This document shows, in pieces, positions 59,527 to 64,000 of a stretch of 64,000 bases of DNA. The stretch lies in the NCBI RefSeq assembly GCF_964213995.1, contig NW_027590155.1:434001-498000 (forward strand), written 5' to 3'. The stretch comes from Mustelus asterias (lineage: Eukaryota). The position numbers and the translations under genes are program-made. Below the pieces are notes generated by a model. That model had not been told where the DNA came from, searched no databases, and was given only the letters and a program-made list of their open reading frames with translations. How positions within the stretch are numbered: position 1 is the first letter of the stretch; each line of letters opens with the position of its first letter.

Positions 59527-61784
59527 TTTTTATAATGGCTGTATAACTGAAAGTATCTGTATCTAATATGAATTTATAGGAGCTTAAAAATCCCGATTCA
59601 TTTTTACACAGTTCTGGAAAGTAATTCAAAACTTCAAGCTGTCCAGTGAGTTACACAATATTTTCGTTGCCACATTATTTATTTATTAGGCTTCACTAAT
59701 TTGGGTGATGATCTGTTGAGTGATTTTGTTGCACTGGAAAGGCCACATGTTCCAAATATTACAACCCTCCCTCATCAACCTAATCATGTTCCCTCTTTCC
59801 ATTTTGGATTTGAAGATTTACCACCAACATGGGGAAAAATCAGACTAATCTTAGTGAGGTTCAATTCATTTGTTCCCGATATCCCGGGGATGGAATTCAC
59901 CCCGAAAATCTGGAAGGATTAAAGGTTGTAGACTGACACAATTGTAATAAAGGACTAGATTCGATTTTTGAAGTAGCAAAACACAAGTAAGCGAATGTAG
60001 AACAACAAATTTCAGGACCAGCTATCGTCGCATCCATCAGTCCATTCACTGATTCCTCAATGAAAACATTCAGGTATCCAACTATCGTTCATCCCTGCAT
60101 CAACACAGGCATTTATTTATTTCTTGTGTCGATGGTGGCGTAATATTAATGCCAGTGGAGCAGTAATCCAGAATCCCAGTGCAGTGATGTGGGAACACGA
60201 GATTAAATCCGACCATGGCAGCTGGTGGAATTTGATTTCAATCAATAAATCTGGATTCATACTTACAGCGACCAGATAAACCTCTCTGATTCCCCAATCA
60301 AGGAAATCTGCCATCCCTACTTGGTCTCACCAGGGTGTGACTACAGACAGGCAGCAATATGTGTAACTGGGCAATGCCTTCCGAAATGCCCTAGCACACC
60401 CCTCAGTTGAAAATAAATTAAGCACAGGAAACAAATGTTGGTCTTTCCAGAGACTCCCTCGTCCCATGGAAGAATCAAGTGAAATAAAACACAAGCATAT
60501 ATGTTTATGCAGTATAAGATATATCACCTCTCTGAATCAACTCTCACAATCTGCCTGTATTTATTTCTATCCATCGATCACAGTGTTTTGTTGTGTTGGA
60601 GAGATCGTCATTGTTGCTAACAAGGAGCCAGAGAAGATGGAAACCTTCTTTTCCAAAGAAATGGGAAACATTCATACAGGTTTACAACATTAAAAATAAT
60701 TAACTTGCCTCCAGTACTGTTGCTGGGTAGATTTATTTATAAATAGGCCCCATTGACAATGCTGAGAGTTTGAAGTTGGCTTGCAGCCAAGCGCTCAGTA
60801 CTGAGGAAACAGATCTTTGAGTTTCTGAACAAACACCCTCAGATGCTTCCTGTAAATATTTTCGGATATTTGGCAGCAGGTTGGACCGCTGCCAAGCACT
60901 GCGTGGACAGATTAACGTTAATATGTAAGGATAAAATGGGACTTAGCCAGTTATGCAATAAATGTCTGATTCCCACAAGTAAGACACGTTTTAAATGGTA
61001 TTCATTCCAAGCAAATACTTTTAATGAATGCACTGTTGATTATGTGATTAAACAGTATCGGAAACTAGTCAATTGGCTGGGTGCTATTTCATTTGTATGA
61101 CTTACAAATAAATGTCCTTCCAACAATTAAAGCCACTTTGTGAGCAACTTCAATGAAGTGCAGGAAAGAGATTTTGATGTCCCCAATCCCTCAGTCCAAT
61201 GAGATCAGTGTAATGGCCCAAACATGAAAATAATTAAAAGTAAAATAAAGTCATATAATTGCCTTGAACAGCGCGGATTCCTGGAATATTCTCAGTCTTC
61301 TGCCCCTCATTAGAAAGGCAACGTCTCTTGTACCTGAGTAGTACCATGTTCTAATGTGCAGCATAATTTGATTTTGATTATTTAACAGTGCCTCTCAGAG
61401 CTGCCAATCTGTGAAGAAATGTCCAGTTCATAACCTGGTTCTGTGGAAGATAAAGCATTTACTCTTGTGATATTGTGCAATATGCTGCAAAGTCCTGATG
61501 TCCTGTGCTCCCACTACCAGTGAATGTGAGACAGCCGGTGGTCAATAAGATGAGCTACAATGATTTGGATGCTGACGGAGAACTTTCCTGATCGCTGTGT
61601 CCGTCCTGATTTATTCAATTCTGTCAAAAGTCGATTTCAATTTTGTTTCTCTGCCAGCTCAATTAATTATAAGCCAACCAGGTTTCGTTCACCGCTAATT
61701 GTCACAGGGTTAAGGAGCTGTTGGAGAAATATAAAGTGTAATACTGTATCATATGAGGATTTTCTTTTTTGAATTCATTCGTGG

Positions 61785-62420
61785 GAGGCACAGTGACATA
61801 GTTGTTAGCACTTCTGCCTCACAGCGCCAGGGACCCGGGCTCAATTACCGGTTTGGGTCTGTGTGGAGTCACTGTCTCTGTGGAGCATGCACATTCTCCA
61901 ATTGTCTGCCTATTTACTCATACGATCCAAGGATGTGCTGCTTAGGCTGATTGGCGATGATAAATTGTCCCATAGTGTCAAGGGAATTAGCAGGGAATAT
62001 ACGTGGGGTGATGGGTATAGGGCCTGGGAGAGAATGGTGTCGGTGCGGGCCCGATAGGCCAAATGGCCTCCTTCTGCTCTGTAGGGATTCTATGGACATG
62101 GGTGCCGCTGAATGATCAGCATTTATGGCCCACCTCTTATCCGAGGGCAGTTGAGAGCCAACCACATTGTTGTGGCTCTGGAATCACATGTAGGCCAGAC
62201 CAAGTAAGGACAGCAGATTCCCTTCCCTAAAAGACATTAGTGAACCAGATAGGTTTTTACACAATCGGCAATGATATCATGGTCATAAGTAGATTCTTAA
62301 TTCCAGATGTTTTTACTGAATTTAAATTCCACCATCTGCCGTGGCGGGACTCGAAGCCGGATCCTGAGACCATTAGTTGAGTTTGTGGATTAATTGTCTA
62401 GTGATAAAAACACTAGGCCA
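61785..62420. mobile_element. V-SINE (61785-62092 +) followed by an old SINE (62095-62420 -)
   Basis: Similarity to other copies in the window. Confidence 0.75.
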
Positions 62421-62814
62421 TTGTATTCCCTTCTTCTTATATCCAGTCCCAAGTTACAGTGAAAGCTATCCACACCAGAAATACAATAAATCGATAATAA
62501 TTCCTTTAATGAATTATATTTTTGATGCAATGTGCTAGAGACACAGAATTATTGCAAATCAGATTGACATCTTTACCCTGATAAGTTAATGTCATCTTCT
62601 TTATGTCTATTCCCTTGTGGAGGGGTGGATAAATGAAGGGACTTAATTTACAATGAAATTGTATTTTTTTCTATAACAGAGGCTCAAATGCAATTTCACC
62701 TCTTGGACTAGCAGAGACATGACAATGGATCTCACTGTTACTGCCTCAGTGTTAGCCTATCTCTGGAATGTCGCAGTGTCAGCAATCAATTCATCGGGAA
62801 TAATCCTCAGTGTT

Positions 62815-63140
62815 TTTGATTGATTTGATTTGATTTGGTTTAGTTTCATTTGATTTATTATTGGCGTGCATATTAGTATACAATGAAAATTATTGTTTCT
62901 TGCGCACTATACAGAGAAAGCATACCGTACATGGAGATGGAAACGAGCGAGTGCAGAATGTAGTGTTGTAGTCATAGCTAGGGTATAGAGAAATATCAAC
63001 TTAATGCGAGGAAGGTCCATTCAAAAGTCTGATTGCAGCAGGAAAGAAGCGATTTTTTAGTTGGTTTGTACGTGTCCTAATACTTTTGTATCTTGTTCCC
63101 GGTGTAAAACGGTGAGAGAGTATGTTCGGGGTGTGTGGCC
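62815..63140 (-). mobile_element. Rex1-like 3' end, upstream of the VH exon
   Basis: gattt tail repeats and sequence paralogous to 10395-10700. Confidence 0.75.
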
Positions 63141-63174
63141 TTTCGTTTTCATTGTTTTCTTTATATTTTTACAA

Positions 63175-63696
63175 GTATCGAATCGGAGGTTATGTTCACT
63201 CAGCCAGAGGCAGAAACCGGACTTCCCTGAGGCTCCCTGAGACTGAGCTGTAAGGCCAACGCGTTGAATATTGGCAGCAACTGGGTGGTTCGGGTCCCAC
63301 AGGTCCCTGGACAAGGTTTATAGTGTCTTCTTCAGTAGGATAGATTTGGATCAACCTACAATTCCTCCGCCCCAGGGATTCAGAATCAATTTACTCCGCC
63401 CACAGACACTTAAAACAACGTAAAGAGAAAATGCTGCAAAATCTCAGCAAGTCTGGCATCATCTGTAAGGAGAGAGAAGAGCTGACTTTTCGAGCACAGA
63501 TGACCCTTTGTCAAAGCTTTTTCAAAAGGCCATCTGGACTCGAAACGTCAGCTCTTAGCTCTCCTTACAGATATTACCAGGCCTGCTGAGATTTTCCAGC
63601 ATTTATTCTTTTGGTTTCAATTCCAGAATCCGTGGTAATTTGCTTTTATACTTCAAACAACGTCGTCTCTTTGGAAATAACATGAAAACCGAAGAT
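63175..63696 (+). pseudogene. IGHV: Immunoglobulin heavy-chain V (shark IgM-type VH) pseudogene, interrupted and 3'-truncated
   Basis: IESEVMFTQPEAETGLP*GSLRLSCKANALNIGSNWVVRVPQVPGQGL*CLLQ*DRFGSTYNSSAPGIQNQFTPPTDT[insert]SNNVVSLEIT..KTED, following the elasmobranch IgM VH framework QPEAExGxPGGSLRLTCK/VRQVPGQGLEW/DTSNNIFALEMKSLKxED; acceptor mutated (acaa|gt); three stops before the insertion. Confidence 0.88.
63422..63649. mobile_element. Inverted (head-to-head) Penelope-type terminal repeat inserted in VH FR3
   Basis: ~95-bp imperfect arms centred on caaagcttt (~63512-63520); 14-bp TSD acttaaaacaacgt (63408-63421) / acttcaaacaacgt (63650-63663). Confidence 0.8.
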
Positions 63697-64000
63697 TCTC
63701 AACTTTCCCCTGTCTGTCCTAACTAGACTCCAGTTCCAATGTGATGAAAATGACTCTTCGCCACCAATGCAATTGCTGAGCAAGCCATCCAGTTGTATCA
63801 AAGCTGCTATGGAAAGTCAAACTATAAAATCATCTAGATGGCAGGTTTCAACTAGGTGGCTCACAATCGCCCTCTCAGTAGGGACAATTACTGTTGGCTT
63901 TGTCAGTGATGCTCACATCCAGAGATTCAATAAAAGCAGTGCAAAGTGCTGCAGATTTCTGAAATCTAATACTAAAACAACAAAAGTGCTACTCAGCATC

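Noticed and set aside
62715-62775. Possible leader exon of the VH pseudogene (atgacaatggatctcactgttactg)
   Set aside because: Position is plausible but there is no splice donor and only faint similarity

Overview
Repeat-rich vertebrate genomic DNA, almost certainly from a shark: it carries HE1/V-SINE copies, many CR1 LINEs, Rex1- and Tx1-like fragments and Penelope-type terminal repeats. No intact cellular protein-coding gene is evident, and nearly all long ORFs in the track are retrotransposon EN/RT fragments. The non-TE content is an antigen-receptor V region interleaved with tRNA genes. It includes two TCR alpha/delta-type V segments with 23-RSS in convergent orientation (6110-6630 +, 12804-13314 -), both with defects, and an IgM-type VH pseudogene (63175-63696 +). 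Three tRNA genes look intact: Glu-CTC, intron-containing Ile-TAT, and an unusual intron-containing Pro-AGG with perfect exons. There are also about a dozen diverged tRNA copies, including a decaying tandem array of ~1.2 kb units each carrying tRNA-Val (16.1-27.9 kb). Other structure includes two CTCF-like motifs, a hammerhead-ribozyme motif in a Penelope-type insert, a three-level TE nest, a 54-bp perfect inverted repeat pair 2.6 kb apart, and dispersed 27-bp minisatellite blocks. No D, J or C segments were seen, so the main TCR alpha/delta locus cannot be told apart from an orphon cluster. TE boundaries are approximate and read by eye.
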